Positions 12,561-25,162 of a DNA stretch of 64,000 bases are shown one piece after another. Position numbers and translations under genes: made by a program. The notes below the pieces were generated by a model. It made no database searches. It was not told the DNA's origin and was given only the letters and a program-made list of their open reading frames with translations. Position 1 is the first letter of the stretch; the number at the start of each line of letters is the position of its first letter. Source of the DNA: Octopus sinensis (Eukaryota); NCBI RefSeq assembly GCF_006345805.1, contig NC_042997.1, positions 132,060,001-132,124,000 of the forward strand, in the 5' to 3' direction.

Positions 12561-13337
12561 TAATATGAACACCTTGGGCAACCTGGGCTGACCAACACCT
12601 TGTGAATACATTTGATAGAAGCTGTGTGAAACCCATCGTATATGTGTGTGCGTGTGTGTGTGTTTGTTTGTCTCTTCCACCACTTAGCAGCCAATGTTTG
12701 TTTGTTTTCATCCTTGTAACTTATCAGTTTGGTGAAAGAGGCCAATAGAATTAGCACATGACTTTAAAAATTAGTCCTGGGGTGGATTTGTTTAATTAAG
12801 CATTTCAAGGTGGTGCCCTAGCTTGGCCATGGTCCAATAGATGAAACAAGTACAAGATCAAAGATAATAAGAGTGCTAACAAAATAAAAGAAACAATAAC
12901 AAAAACAAACAAAAAGAAAACGAGATTAAATAATGATCGCTAAGTATGGACCAATGTAGTGTAGAGAGTTACATCAATGTTCAATCAAATTGTAATTATA
13001 TTCATAATAATAAGAAAAATCGTTAGCATTAATGGCGTTTCCTGATAAGTGGGATAAGGGAGGGAACACCAAATTATAAATTGATGAAAACTTAAAAAGA
13101 GATGCACAGCTGGGAGTGAGTCTGTTATTTGCAAGGTACAGAACAAGTTAGGAAATTGATTGGTTGAGAGATAACAATATTTAATTGACTCAGAATATCA
13201 TGATAGAAGACAAAAATAGACAAAAACATTTATTCTTTGCTTGGATATTGTGGACAGTAAAATTGATGAAGCACTGGGCTAAATATCATACAGTACAGTA
13301 GTACCTTGGAATTTTGAACGACTCTGATTGTGAATAA

Positions 13338-13373
<36 letters not shown>

Positions 13374-13384
13374 TATAGATATAT

Positions 13385-16300
13385 CATCATCATCATTTAA
13401 TGTCCGCTTTCCATGCTAGCATGGGTTGGACGGTTTGACTGGGGTCTGGGAAGCCATGGAGGCTGCAGCAGACTCCAGTCTGGCTTGGCAGTGCTTCTAC
13501 AGCTGGATGCCCTTCCTAATACCAACCACTCCATGAGTGTAGTGGGTGCTTTTTACGTGCCACCAGACAAGGCTGGCAAATGGCCACGATCGGTTGGTGC
13601 TTTTATGTGTCACCGACACGGATGCCAGTCAGGCGGCACTGGCATCTGCCACGTTCGGACAGTGCTTTTAACGTGTCACCAGCACAGGTGTCTTAACTAC
13701 AATTCCCATTTGATTTTCATTTTGATGTTGGTGTTGACGTACTTGACTTAATAGGTCTTCTCGAGAACAGCGGGTCACTCTACGATCCATGTTTAGCACA
13801 GCAGGCCGTCCTGCAAGCTATGAACTCACTTAATTTGTCAGATCTTCACAGTCACAGCATATCTCAGGTATCTCGGTCTTCGTCATTTCCTCTGTGAGGC
13901 CTGACATGCCACCAGCACGGGTATCACAACTACAATATCCATATGATTTTTATTTTGATGTTGATGAACTTGACACAATAGGTCTCTTCAAGAGCAGCAG
14001 GCCGTCCTGCAAGCTATGAACTCACTTCATATGTCGGGTCTTCAAAGTCACAGCATATCCCCAGAGGTCTTGGTCTTTCATCATAGCCTCTATGAGGCTC
14101 AACGTACGAAGGTCATGCTTGACCACCTCATCCCATGGGTCTACCTCTACCCCGGATTCCTTCAACAGTTTTGGAGTGTCACTTCTTCACACATCTCTCC
14201 TCATCCATCCATAGTACATGACAATACCAATGCAATCATCTCTCTTGCATGCTGCATTCGATGCTTCTAATGCCCAACATTTCTCTCAGGGCGCTTACAC
14301 TCTGTCGTGCATGGACACTGACATTACACATCCAGCGGATCATGCTAGCTTCATTTCTTTCGTGCCTACGCATGTCCGCCACAGTCACAGTCTATGTTTC
14401 ACTGCCGTGAAGCATGGCAGTTCGCATACATGCGTCGTACAATCTACCTTTCACTCTGAGCGAGAGACCCTTTGTCGCCAGTAGGGGAAGAAGCTTCCTA
14501 AACTTTGACATGGTTATTCTTATTATAGTGGTAACGCTCTCTGAGCATCCACCCCTGCTACTAACTTGGTCACCTAGGTAGCAGAAACTATCAACTACTT
14601 CTAGTTTCTCCCCCAGGAGTGTAATGGAATCTGTTTTCTGAGTATCAATGGTGTCTATTGTCCCTGTGCATCTGTTGCACATGAAAGCTATCTTCTTGGT
14701 TAATTTTCCTTTGATGTTGCTACACCTCTTATGTGTCCATAGCTTACACTGGGTACATGTTATGGAGTTTTTACCTACACCTTTTCTACAGATCGAGCCA
14801 GGCCACCTACCTGAAGGTGTGTGTGGTGAGTTTGCCTTCCTACTTACTAGAACTTTGGACTTTGCTACATTGACTCTAAGGCCTTTTGATTCTAAACCAC
14901 ACACGAAATTTCTTCTCTAGTTCCGGTAGTGATTCTGCTATGAGGGCTAAGTCATCAGCATAGAGGAGCTCCCAGGGACAACTCATCTTAAATTCCTCTG
15001 TTATTGCCTGGAGGACTATGATGAATAGAATGTACTGAGGGCTGAGCCTTGGTGGATGCCAACTTCTACCCGGAATTCTTTACTGTACTTATTGCCAATT
15101 CTAACCTTACTAACAGCCTCTCTGTAAAGGGCCAGTACAGCCCTTATTAACCATTCGTCAATCTCCAGTTTCCACATCGCCCACCAGATAAGGGATCGGG
15201 GGACCCTGTCAAAGGCTTTCTCCAAGTCCACAAAAGCTAAGTATAGGGGTTTATCTTTGGCTAGGTATTTCTCTTGTAGTTATCGAACCATGAATATGGC
15301 ATCAGTGGTACTTCTACCTGGCACAAAACCGAACTGCATCTCATCTAAGCAAACTCTCTCCCTGATGAGATGGGCTATGACCCTCTCCGTGACCTTCATT
15401 ACCTGATCCAGCAGTTTGATATCCCTGTAGTTATTTCTATCTAGAGCATCACCTTTACCCTTGTAGCAGTTGACTATTGTGCTGCTATGCCAGTCATTGG
15501 GTATGACTCCATCATGAACTACCTGGTTTACAATGCGGGTGACTAGGCCATAGCCCACACCAGATGTTTTAAGCATCTCGGCAGTGATTCCTGATGGGCC
15601 AAGGACTTTTCCTGACTACATACCCTTAATTGCCTTAACTACTAGGGAGCTATCTATACGGATAGCTGGTCCTTCTAGATCAACGTTTGGCAGGCTCTCC
15701 TCCTCCCATTCATTCTTCACATTCAGCAGTCTTTCATAGTGGCTTCTCCAAGCCTCTTTCTTTTCAGAATCACTAAAAGCAAGTGCACCATCATCCATTC
15801 GAACACATTTCTCTCCTGTGACATCACAATTTTCTCTCACACACTGCCTTGCAATCCAAAATACCTCAGTTCTTTGGTCCTCACATCTCTGGACATTGGC
15901 AAACTTCTTCTTTTCTGCTTCGCTCTTGGCTATGTATACCTGCCACCCAGCCTCCCTTCTGGCTACTTGGTACAGTTCCCTGCTACCCCCATCCTTCCAG
16001 GCTTTCCAGGCCTGTTTCTTTGCTCTAATGGCTTTGTCTACCGTACTATTCCACCACCACGTAACTCTAGGTCTGGAAGGGACTTTGCACCAGCCACAGA
16101 CTTGGTCTGTGGCACTCAGTAAGCTGTCCCATAGGAATTTCCAGCTACCTTCTATGTCTGATGTCTGTAGCTCCTCCTCCCTCTCCTCAAATTTCTTGAT
16201 GAGGATGTCCCTAAATCTCAGATCATGTGAAGGGTTCTTTAGCCTCCAAATCCTTCTTTTTTGGATTGGTTTGCGTCTTGGTATCCTTCTGGTCTCGAGA

Positions 16301-17120
16301 CTAAAGTCACTAATAACTAGCCTGTGCTGGGGAGGGAGGTACATTCTTCACCCAGGAGGGTCTTTGTATTTAAGAGTAACCCTGCATCCCGCTGTCTGGT
16401 GAGGATGAAATCAATCTGGCTAGCGAAGTCCCCCGATTGATAGGTTATAAGGTGGCTGTCTGGCTTCCTGAAGTTAGTGTTGCAGAATAAAAGATTACAT
16501 GCATCACAACTCCAGTAGCCTGGTTCCCTCATCATTTCGGGTGCCAATTCCATGGCCACCGTGTACCTCAGTGAAGATACCTGCTTCCTGCCCGACATTC
16601 CCATTAAAGTTTCCAGCCACAAAGACGAGGTCATTGCCACTCGTCTTTGAGGTAGCCTGTAGAAGGGTGTCATAAAAGTGGTCCTTCTGATCATTTGGTA
16701 GCCCCGCATGTGGGGTGTAGGCAGAGATGATAGTAGCTGTGCTATTCTGCAGGAGTAGTCTAAGCTTAAGTACTCTATCACATACCCTAACAACCTCTAT
16801 AACCTTATCCACCCACTTCTCTGAGAGGAGAATGCCTACACCCTCTATACCATCCATGTTACCTTGCCAGAAGAATTTGTACCTATGTGCTTAGCCTGTG
16901 AAGCTCCTCTCCATCTTACCTCTTGTATGCAGCATACATCAACCCGTCTCCTTTCAAGCATCTGTACAATCTCACTAGACCTACCTTTCATTGTGCCAAC
17001 ATTGACAGTGCTAACTCTAAAAACTGGGAAGGGAATGTGGGGTGAGGTTTGGGTGGGAGGGATGTTATTCAGCACCTGAAAAGAAAAAGGTTGTTGTGGT
17101 GGTGTTCGTTTGTTTGGCAT
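13385..17120 (-). mobile_element. RTE-clade LINE, near full length, frameshifted
   Basis: APE motifs (NVGTM, CIQEVRW, GVGILL, GNFNG, QIDFIL) and RT motifs (QFGF, DLEKAFDRVPR, GIHQGSALS, LLYADD near 14951-14968). C-terminal LHGSET, PHD-like finger, 3'UTR ending in (GAT)n. Confidence 0.95.
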
Positions 17121-17937
17121 GCTTCATCCTTTCTTTTTCTTTTCTTCCTCTCTTCCAACCTGACAACATTCAAGCATGTTAAGGATGTTGGCCCTACCGG
17201 AGGTAGAAGCTGGTGTTAGTAGCATTGTAAGCATAAGCATTATGGTCATGAATGATGCAGATTCAAGCAGGGTAGCAAATTGGAAAATATGGATACTCCA
17301 ATGTTAGGTTACGAGGGTGTCAGCTGAAATGGTTGCATTGCCTAGGCAGAGGGGGATTGCAGGGATAAAGAAGGGTACCACCAACGAGGAGGGTTCAGAC
17401 AGATGGAGGAAACAAGCTCATTCCTATATATACACAAGCACACCCACACTCAGAAATAGGTACACATGGGCAGCCGAACAGCTTTCTGGTTCACTTCACT
17501 TCATAGGGCCAAAGCATAATTTATTCATGAGCAGAGGCATTTGTAAACCAAGGTACTAATGTATTGAATGAATATGAGAAAGACTGGAGATAAAATATGA
17601 TTTATTTGTGATCAGAGTTGTTTGAAAACCAAGGTTTTACAGTATTTGGTTTAGTTCTTTACATTCTGTTTATAAATTGTGATGGAGTCAACTTTTGTCT
17701 TTCATCTTTCAGAGGTCAATATCAGGCAAGTATTTGGGTTACATGACAGGTTATACTTTTTCTAAAAAAATTTCTAGTCTTGTGTCTATGTTGAACAAAT
17801 TATTTGTTTTCAAAACAGCTTTGCTTTGCCCAACTCCTGCATTTTTTTAATTCTTAGAAGCATGCACATGCATACACATACACACAAGGCTCAGCACACT
17901 TAGAAGTAAAACTCAAAATAGCAAAACACCGACTCAC

Positions 17938-18007
17938 CCAGAATAAAAATATGAAAAATATTATAAATCTCTATGTTATCAAGTACCCTTTCTTCAGGTG
18001 GCAAATA
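17938..18007 (-). CDS. Candidate exon of an unidentified gene
   Basis: catttag acceptor, G|gtgagt donor; 70 nt with only one open frame: YLPPEERVLDNIEIYNIFHIFIL+G. No homology recognised. Confidence 0.35.
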
Positions 18008-18477
18008 CTAAATGTTGTGGTTAAATGGGGGTCCACATAGTCACCAGATGCTGGTTGGGTGAGCACCATATTGGGCTAAAACATCCAATGAATGACGCAA
18101 ACCCCAAGTCCTACTTCAACCTCCTCATGGTACCACCTGGATGTAAACCAACAAGAGAGGATGACTGCAGGTGCCTGGTGCAGTATAACCAAGCTGCTCT
18201 GAGCAGATGGGACTCTTTAGCCATAATCAGCAGCCTATCTAGAAGGACACTGATATAAAACCTATGACCTGAGGACCTCTCTGTCATTGTCCCAGCTTGC
18301 TGGGCCATGGCAGATGAACTCCAGGTGTAAAGGGTGGGCTAGTTTTGCACAGGCTGCACTTCACCTTAAAACTCCATTACACTGTCTGAAGGATCTGTCC
18401 ATGTCCACAATCACGATTGACTGTGCAGATGATGTGGACAGCAGCCTTCCTAATCTTCATCAGCGAAGCCAAGCCAA

Positions 18478-18590
18478 GATAATAATAATGATAATGGAAT
18501 TATTGTGTATAGTGCTCATGTGCACCACAAGTCATCAAAGGTGCATATACAGTACATAGAATTATGTACAAAAGTCAGAAAGGTTAACAG
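18478..18590 (-). mobile_element. CR1-type LINE extreme 3' tail
   Basis: Matches the tail at 51168-51240 (agtgctca..tgcac..caa.tc.tc). Confidence 0.65.
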
Positions 18591-18591
18591 T

Positions 18592-19635
18592 ATCATCATC
18601 ATCGTTTAGCGTCCGTTCTCCATGCTAGCATGGGTTGGACGGTTCGACCGGGGATCTGGGAAGCCAGAAGGCTGCACCAGGCTCCAGTCTTATCTGGCAA
18701 TGTTTCTACAGCTGGATGCCTTTCCTAACGCCAACCACTCCGTGAGTGTAGTGGGTGCTTTTTTACGTGCCACCTGCGCAGGTGCCAGGCGAGGCTGGCA
18801 TCGGCCACAGTCGGATTGGTGCATTTTACATGCCACCGGCACGGAAGCCAGTTGAAGCGGCACTGGCTTCAGCCACAATTCGGATGGTGCTTTTTACGTG
18901 CCACCGGCACGGAAGCCAGTCGAGGCGGCACTGGCATCGGCCACGATTCGGATAGTGCTTTTTACATACCACCAGTCCAGGGTCCTGGCATCTGCCGGGT
19001 GCCAGTCATAGGATTGGTTCAATTTCGATTCCGATTTTGATTTCAATTTCACTTGCCCCAACAGGTCTTCGCAAGCAAAGGGGGGTTGGCATGGGTGCCT
19101 GTCGTCGGATGAGGTTCAATATCGACTTCGCTTGCCTCAACAGGCCTTTGTGTGTCCAAGGGAGGAAAGGCATGCATAAGTGGGCTGGACTCACTTGTCC
19201 TGCCTGGTCTTCTCACTTACAGCATATTTCCAAAGGTCTTGGTTGCTGGTCATTTCCTCTGTGAGGCCTAAAGTTCGAAGGTCGTGCTTCACCACCTTGT
19301 TCCAGGTTTTCCTGGGTCTACCTCTTCCACGGGTTCCCTCAACTGCTAGGGATTGGCACTTTTTCACACACCTATCTTCATCCATTCTTGCCACATGACT
19401 ATACCAGCGCAATCGTCTCTCTTGCACACCACAACTGATGCTTCTTAGGTCCAACATTTCTCTCAGGGTACTAACGCTCTGTCGAGTATGCACACTGACA
19501 TTACACATCCATCGGAGCATACTGGCTTCATTCCTCGTGAGCTTACGCATGTCCTCAGCAGTCACGGCCCATGTTTCACTGCCATGTAGCATGGCTGTTC
19601 ATACACATGCATCATACATCTGCCTTTTACTCTGA
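18592..19635 (-). mobile_element. RTE LINE 3' fragment (5'-truncated)
   Basis: ORF 19191-19592 (MLHGSETW...RRLRWYSHVARM...RGRGRPRKTW), then a 3'UTR with ~65-bp repeats and a (GAT)n tail. Confidence 0.92.
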
Positions 19636-20391
19636 AAACATATACCTGGGAGTATATGAGTTATAATATACATACCTGTATCAGATACATATACTTATAT
19701 CTGTGTGTGTGCGTATGTGTGGGCATGTGGGTGTGTTTATGCATGTATGTGTGTGTGCTTGTGTGTGTTGTGCATGTGCATGCATGTATGTGTACTTGTG
19801 TGTGTTGTGTGTATACATGCATGTATGCATGTGTGTGTGTGTGCTTGTGTGTTGTGCGTATAAGTGCATGTATGTGTGTGTGTGTACATGTGTGTTGTCT
19901 GCATGTATGTCTGTGTGTGTGTACATTCTTTAATTAGTTACAGGGTCTCAGTCATTTGACTGTGGCCATGTGGAGCACTCTACTTGAAAAGTTTTAACCA
20001 ATTACATTTCCGGCTGAGTGGTTGGTGCTACGAAGGGCATCCAGAGGCAAAAACCATGCCAAAACAGACACAGAAGTCTGGTGCAGGCTCCTGCCAAGCC
20101 AACTCCTGTCAAACTGTTCAACCCATGCCAGCATGGAAGGCAAACAATTAAATGATGACGACGATGATGATGAGGATTCTTATACCTGTTAAGTAATTTT
20201 CTGAGCTTTGTAAGGCAAATCCACTCTAGAAATAAGGGGGTGTAATTAACTGTAACTGGACAGAATACTACAGAAATATTCGATCAGAGAATGGAAAAAA
20301 GACTATCTTGGAAAAGTTCAATAAGGTTGATCACCTATTGATAAATATCTCTAATCAAGAAAGTTCAAGAATTTTGAGTTTATCCAAATGT

Positions 20392-20823
20392 ATAGGCGCA
20401 GGAGTGGTTGTGTGGTAAGTAGCTTGCTAACCAACCACATGGTTCCGGGTTCAGTCCCACAGCGTGGCATCTTGGGCAAGTGTCTTCTGCTATAGCCCCG
20501 GGCCGACCAATGCCTTGTGAGTGGATTTGGTAGACGGAAACTGAAAGAAGCCTGTCGTATATATGTATATATATATATGTGTGTGTATGTGTTTGTGTGT
20601 CTGTGTTTGTCCCCCTAGCATTGCTTGACAACCGATGCTGGTGTGTTTACGTCCCCGTCACTTAGCGGTTCGGCAAAAGAGACCGATAGAATAAGTACTG
20701 GGCTTACAAAGAATAAGTCCCGGGGTTGATTTGCTTGACTAAAGGCGGTGCTCCAGCATGGCCGCAGTCAAATGACTGAAACAAGTAAAAGAGTAAGAGA
20801 GAAACAAGTAAAGAGTAAAGAGT
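20392..20823 (+). mobile_element. SINE family A
   Basis: Full-length copy. Confidence 0.85.
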
Positions 20824-20970
20824 ATCATTCAATTACTTATTTTTATCACTTTAGCTCAGTTTCTTTTCTCACTCACTCCAGTAGAATTTAATGTCACTAT
20901 TAATGGCAAAAATATGAAACAGACATTGTCATTATATTTATTGATGTGGTATATCTATTCTTTCTTCCAT

Positions 20971-21168
20971 TCTTTTACTTGTTTCAGTCATTTGACTGCA
21001 GCCATGCTGGAGCACCACCTTTAGTCGAGCAAATCGACCCCAGGACTTATTCTTTTTTTTCTTAGCCTAGTACTTATTCTATCGGTCTCTTTTGCCGAAC
21101 AGCTAAGTTATGGGGGATGTAAACATACCAGCATCAGTTGTCAAGCGATGTTGGGGGGACAAACACAG

Positions 21169-21240
<72 letters not shown>

Positions 21241-21407
21241 TATGATGGGCTTCTTTCAGTTTCCATCTACCAAATCCACTCACAAGGCTTTGGTCGGCTC
21301 GAGGTTATAGTAGAAGACACTTGCCCAAGATGCCATGCAGTGAGACTGAATCCGGAACCATGTGGTTTGTAAGCAAGCTACTTACCACACAGCCACTCCT
21401 GCACCTA
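20971..21407 (-). mobile_element. SINE family A
   Basis: Full-length inverted copy. Confidence 0.85.
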
Positions 21408-21839
21408 TATATATCTATATATATTTTTTTGTTGTTAAACATAGTTGAGACTAACTACTATACATGTCGTGTTAGACGAAAGCTCTCAGGTTTTACTTAG
21501 CTCAGGTTGCTGTCATCATTCTCCAGGATTGCTCAGGTTTATCCTTTCGGAGCAAAAAATGCCTTGAACTTAAGCTATGCACTGTAATCTTCTACTATGA
21601 AACTTGAGGCAGTTTGTCTCAAGATACTTTATACAAAATATCAACAACTCTCAAATATGTATTGAATACTTAATGTTGCTGATGTTGTCAACAAATGAAC
21701 AGTAAACCACACACACACACATCACATTCACATATATACACATATACCCATGCACACATATACATATATACATATGTGTGTACACACACACACACACACA
21801 CTTGGCTGATTCAGGCCATCTTAGTTGGCGTTTGTCAGA

Positions 21840-21847
21840 TGACGTCA
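21840..21847. promoter_or_regulatory. Palindromic CRE motif (TGACGTCA) in unique sequence
   Basis: Exact 8-mer lying between the SPAG16 3' end and the candidate downstream exons; function unproven. Confidence 0.25.
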
Positions 21848-22350
21848 AAGATCAAGGGGGAGATAAATGTCATCCGCTTCGATAATTTTACATTGAGATA
21901 AGAACTTGGGAACAAATTGGTCAACAGTTGGAATTCAACTTGGAACTGGAATAATAGAATGATTGCATTACAGAATTAATTCTCATCCGTCCTTAACCTC
22001 TGATTAAATGCCACCAGAGCATATTGTTATTATAGCTGTATTATAGTCACGCTATTTAGTTCTCTTTAGTTTTGGGCCACAGGCCCAATTAACCCTTCGC
22101 AGGAGTGAGCTTAAAAGTCCACACAGAGTGTGGCTTTTAAACTAGTAAAGGTCTAGAAAAACTGGAAAGACCTAGAAAAACAAGTGCTGAAGAGATGAAA
22201 ACCAATCCCAAGTTGTTGCATCTCTCAAAAGTGATAACACGGGACCGTGATGATTAGTAGTATGCTGTATGATGAAAAATCACTGTCTCAAGTAAGCATG
22301 GCAGAGAAATATCTAACCATGAGAATAAGTGGGGTGCACTTGTTGCATCA

Positions 22351-22573
22351 GTGGAGGCACATGGCCTAGTGGTTAGAGCAGCAGACTCGCAGTCAAGGGA
22401 TCGCAGGTTTGAATCTGCGGCTCCGGCAGAAGGTAATGGTGAACTTCTGCTGACTCTTTCACCACAACTTTCTCTCACTCTTTCCTCCTGCATCCCATCC
22501 AGGTGGGGAACCTATATGCCAAGGAAACCGGGAAACTTGCCCTTATGAATCAGGCATGGCCCGAAAAGGAACA
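22351..22573 (+). mobile_element. SINE family C, tail type 2 (deleted variant)
   Basis: TSD acttgttgcatca (22338-22350, 22574-22586). Confidence 0.8.
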
Positions 22574-23029
22574 AACTTGTTGCATCAACACACATCTTCC
22601 TAAATGTCTCCTTCCTTTTGGGGTATCTTGCGTTCATCCTCTACTTTCACCCCCCCCCTCTATGGTTCCCTCCAGCCTTTCTTTTCTTTCACTGTTCTGA
22701 CTGCATTCATCCACTGCTCCCCCAACACTTGCTTCTCTTTCTCTCTCCATTCTCTCCTTATAGCTTCTCTCACCTCAGTACTCTCTCATCTCCCATAAAA
22801 CCTCGCCTAAAAATCATTACCCTTTTCCTTATATTTTTACTTTTTGTCATGATAGTTATTCAGTTTTGCCTGTTACAAGGTAACCCCACTAGAGTTGGTG
22901 CTATGTACATACAATGATAGAAACCATGCCAAACTGAAATGCTGGAACACAATACAGTCCTCTGACTCATCAAAAGGAATACAAAAGTCAATCATCGGGA
23001 TACAGGTACCAGTTGGTGACAGGAAAAGC

Positions 23030-23585
23030 ATCATCATCATCATCGTTTAATGTCCGTTTTCCATGCTAGCAAAGGTTGGACGGTTCGACTGGGGTCTGGG
23101 AAGCCAGGAGGCTGCACCAAACACCAGTCTGATTGGCAGTGTTTCTACAGCTGGATGCCCTTCCTAACACCAACCACTCCATGAGTGTAGTGGGTGCTTT
23201 TTACGTGCCACAGGCACACGGGCCAGACAAGGCTGGCAAATGGCCACGATCGGTTGGTGCTTTTTATATGTCACCAGCACAGGTGTCTTAACTACAATTT
23301 CCATTTGATTTTCATTTTGATGTTGGTGTTAACATACTTGACTCAATAGGTCTCCTCAAGAACAGCGGGTCACTCTACGATCCATGTTTAGCACAGCAGG
23401 CCGTCCTACAAGCCATGAACTCACTTCATTTGTTGGGTCTTGACAGTCACAGCATATCTCAGAGGTCTCGATCTCCGTCATTTCCTCTGTGAGGCCCTGT
23501 GTGCCACCGGCATGGGTATCACAACTACAATATCCATATGATTATTATTTTGATGTTGATGAACTTGACACAATAGATCTCCTCA
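23030..23585 (-). mobile_element. RTE LINE 3'UTR copy
   Basis: Collinear with 13385-13990, including the same internal duplication. Confidence 0.85.
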
Positions 23586-23616
23586 TATATATACATATAC
23601 TTACACATACACATAC

Positions 23617-23649
<33 letters not shown>

Positions 23650-23699
23650 CAGACATGTACATATATACACATATACATATACACATAAATATATATATA

Positions 23700-24089
23700 T
23701 CTATATATATAAAGCTGAAGTTTTCTGTGTGTAGCAGGTTTGGTAGCCTTCAACTAACACTATCTCCTCTGAGACCCTGCAGCGCAAGTTGACCAAAATT
23801 GAGAGTATGATCGAAGAAGGCTTGCTCTTCATTCCGTAGAAAAATAATTCAAATTGGACCATATTAACACCAAAAATTATTTACATCAAAAAGGTTTTTT
23901 TTTTTTCTATGAAAATCTCTATTTTTTACGATTTTTTTACTGCTGTGTCGCCATTTTTCGGTGTATTTCAACTAGAAAAATGTTCACTTAAAGAGAATAA
24001 CAAGCTACATAATGCAAAATTTTTACTTTTCAAAAATTCAATTCTAAAGGGCCGAAACAAACTTGAGCAACACCGGGCAATACTACTAG
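23700..24089 (+). mobile_element. Non-autonomous Helitron
   Basis: 5' TC, 3' CTAG preceded by a weak GC hairpin, inserted between A and T with no TSD. Confidence 0.7.
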
Positions 24090-24102
24090 TATATATATAC
24101 AT

Positions 24103-24426
24103 AATCAAAATAAGCAACAAGGATATCCAGAGGTAATGCAGTACGATCATTTCATACGACTCCATTTAATTGAACAAGGCAATCATTTCATTACATCAAT
24201 TTAAAATGTAGAGCAATCTTCAGCTGTACAAAGACATGGAATTTAATTAAATTAGGACACATTAGTATAATTTTACCTAAAATCTCCAAGAGGATAAGGA
24301 GATAGACAAAGAACATGTTTTACCAACTACATCACAGTTGTAACTGTGCATTGTTCAATTAAATGGAGTTGCATGAAACGATTGTATTGCATTATCTCTG
24401 GATATCCTTGTTGCTTATTTTTGATT
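24103..24426. repeat. ~75-bp inverted repeat (Penelope-like end)
   Basis: 24103-24177 is the reverse complement of 24351-24426. Confidence 0.85.
24137..24228 (-). ncRNA. Hammerhead-like fold downstream of the SPAG16 stop
   Basis: Minus strand reads TACAG-CTGAAGA-(long stem II)-GAA-ATGATCGT-A-CTGCA. The inverted partial copy at 24351-24426 implies consensus ACGATCGT. Confidence 0.45.
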
Positions 24427-24603
24427 TTAATCACCTTATTTAGAAATTGCATGGATAATACCATAGTAAATTCTGGTGTCTCAACTTATGTATAGTTATA
24501 TGTAGATATAGTTATTTGCGTGTATAAATATAGAATTTGTAATTTCCTTAATAAAAAATTGTGAAAATAACTAAAAAGTAAAATGCTAGTTAAAACTATT
24601 CAA

Positions 24604-24714
24604 TTAGCTCCAAAATCTAGCTGTACCGTCACTACCACCAGACACTAGGTATTGTCCACTGCATTCAAATTCCACACATTGGACAGCATCATCATGTCCT
24701 ATAAGAGACACCAG
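24604..24714 (-). CDS. SPAG16: SPAG16 terminal coding exon
   Basis: catttcag acceptor; 111 nt. LVSLIGHDDAVQCVEFECSGQYLVSGGSDGTARFWS* matches the SPAG16 C-terminus (SGGSDGT.R.WS*). Confidence 0.95.
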   Translation of the reverse strand: MVSLIGHDDAVQCVEFECSGQYLVSGGSDGTARFWS

Positions 24715-25162
24715 CTGAAATGAGAAAGAAAATGGTTTTATACATTAATGTCTAAAATATAATAGGCATTAAAATATATTAGATTTCATTCGACATTTAA
24801 ACCTCATACACAGCATACTGCAAATGTGGAATCCCTTAGAGGACAGTTAGTATAAGGGAGATGATCAATTCTCAATAATATTAGATGGGATTAGAAGATT
24901 GAAGTTGAAATTCAAGAATAGGAGAGATGATGCATAGAATTTATGCATTTAATTTTTTTTTATTGCTTACTTATTACAAAGATTTAAAAATTTCTAGTCA
25001 ATGGTAATCAAATACAATACCATTTCATTCTTTTTAGAAATCATCAGCATGAAATAATTGAAGGTAAATACTATTTTACTGTTTCACTTGTTTCAGCCAG
25101 ACCAGGACACCACCTTGTTAATAAAATGGAGCTACAATTAATTTGTTGTCTGCTACAAATTC

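Noticed and set aside
20186-20225. 40-nt AG/GT-bounded minus-strand exon candidate
   Set aside because: The frame needed to join exon 17938-18007 contains TAA; at most a UTR exon.
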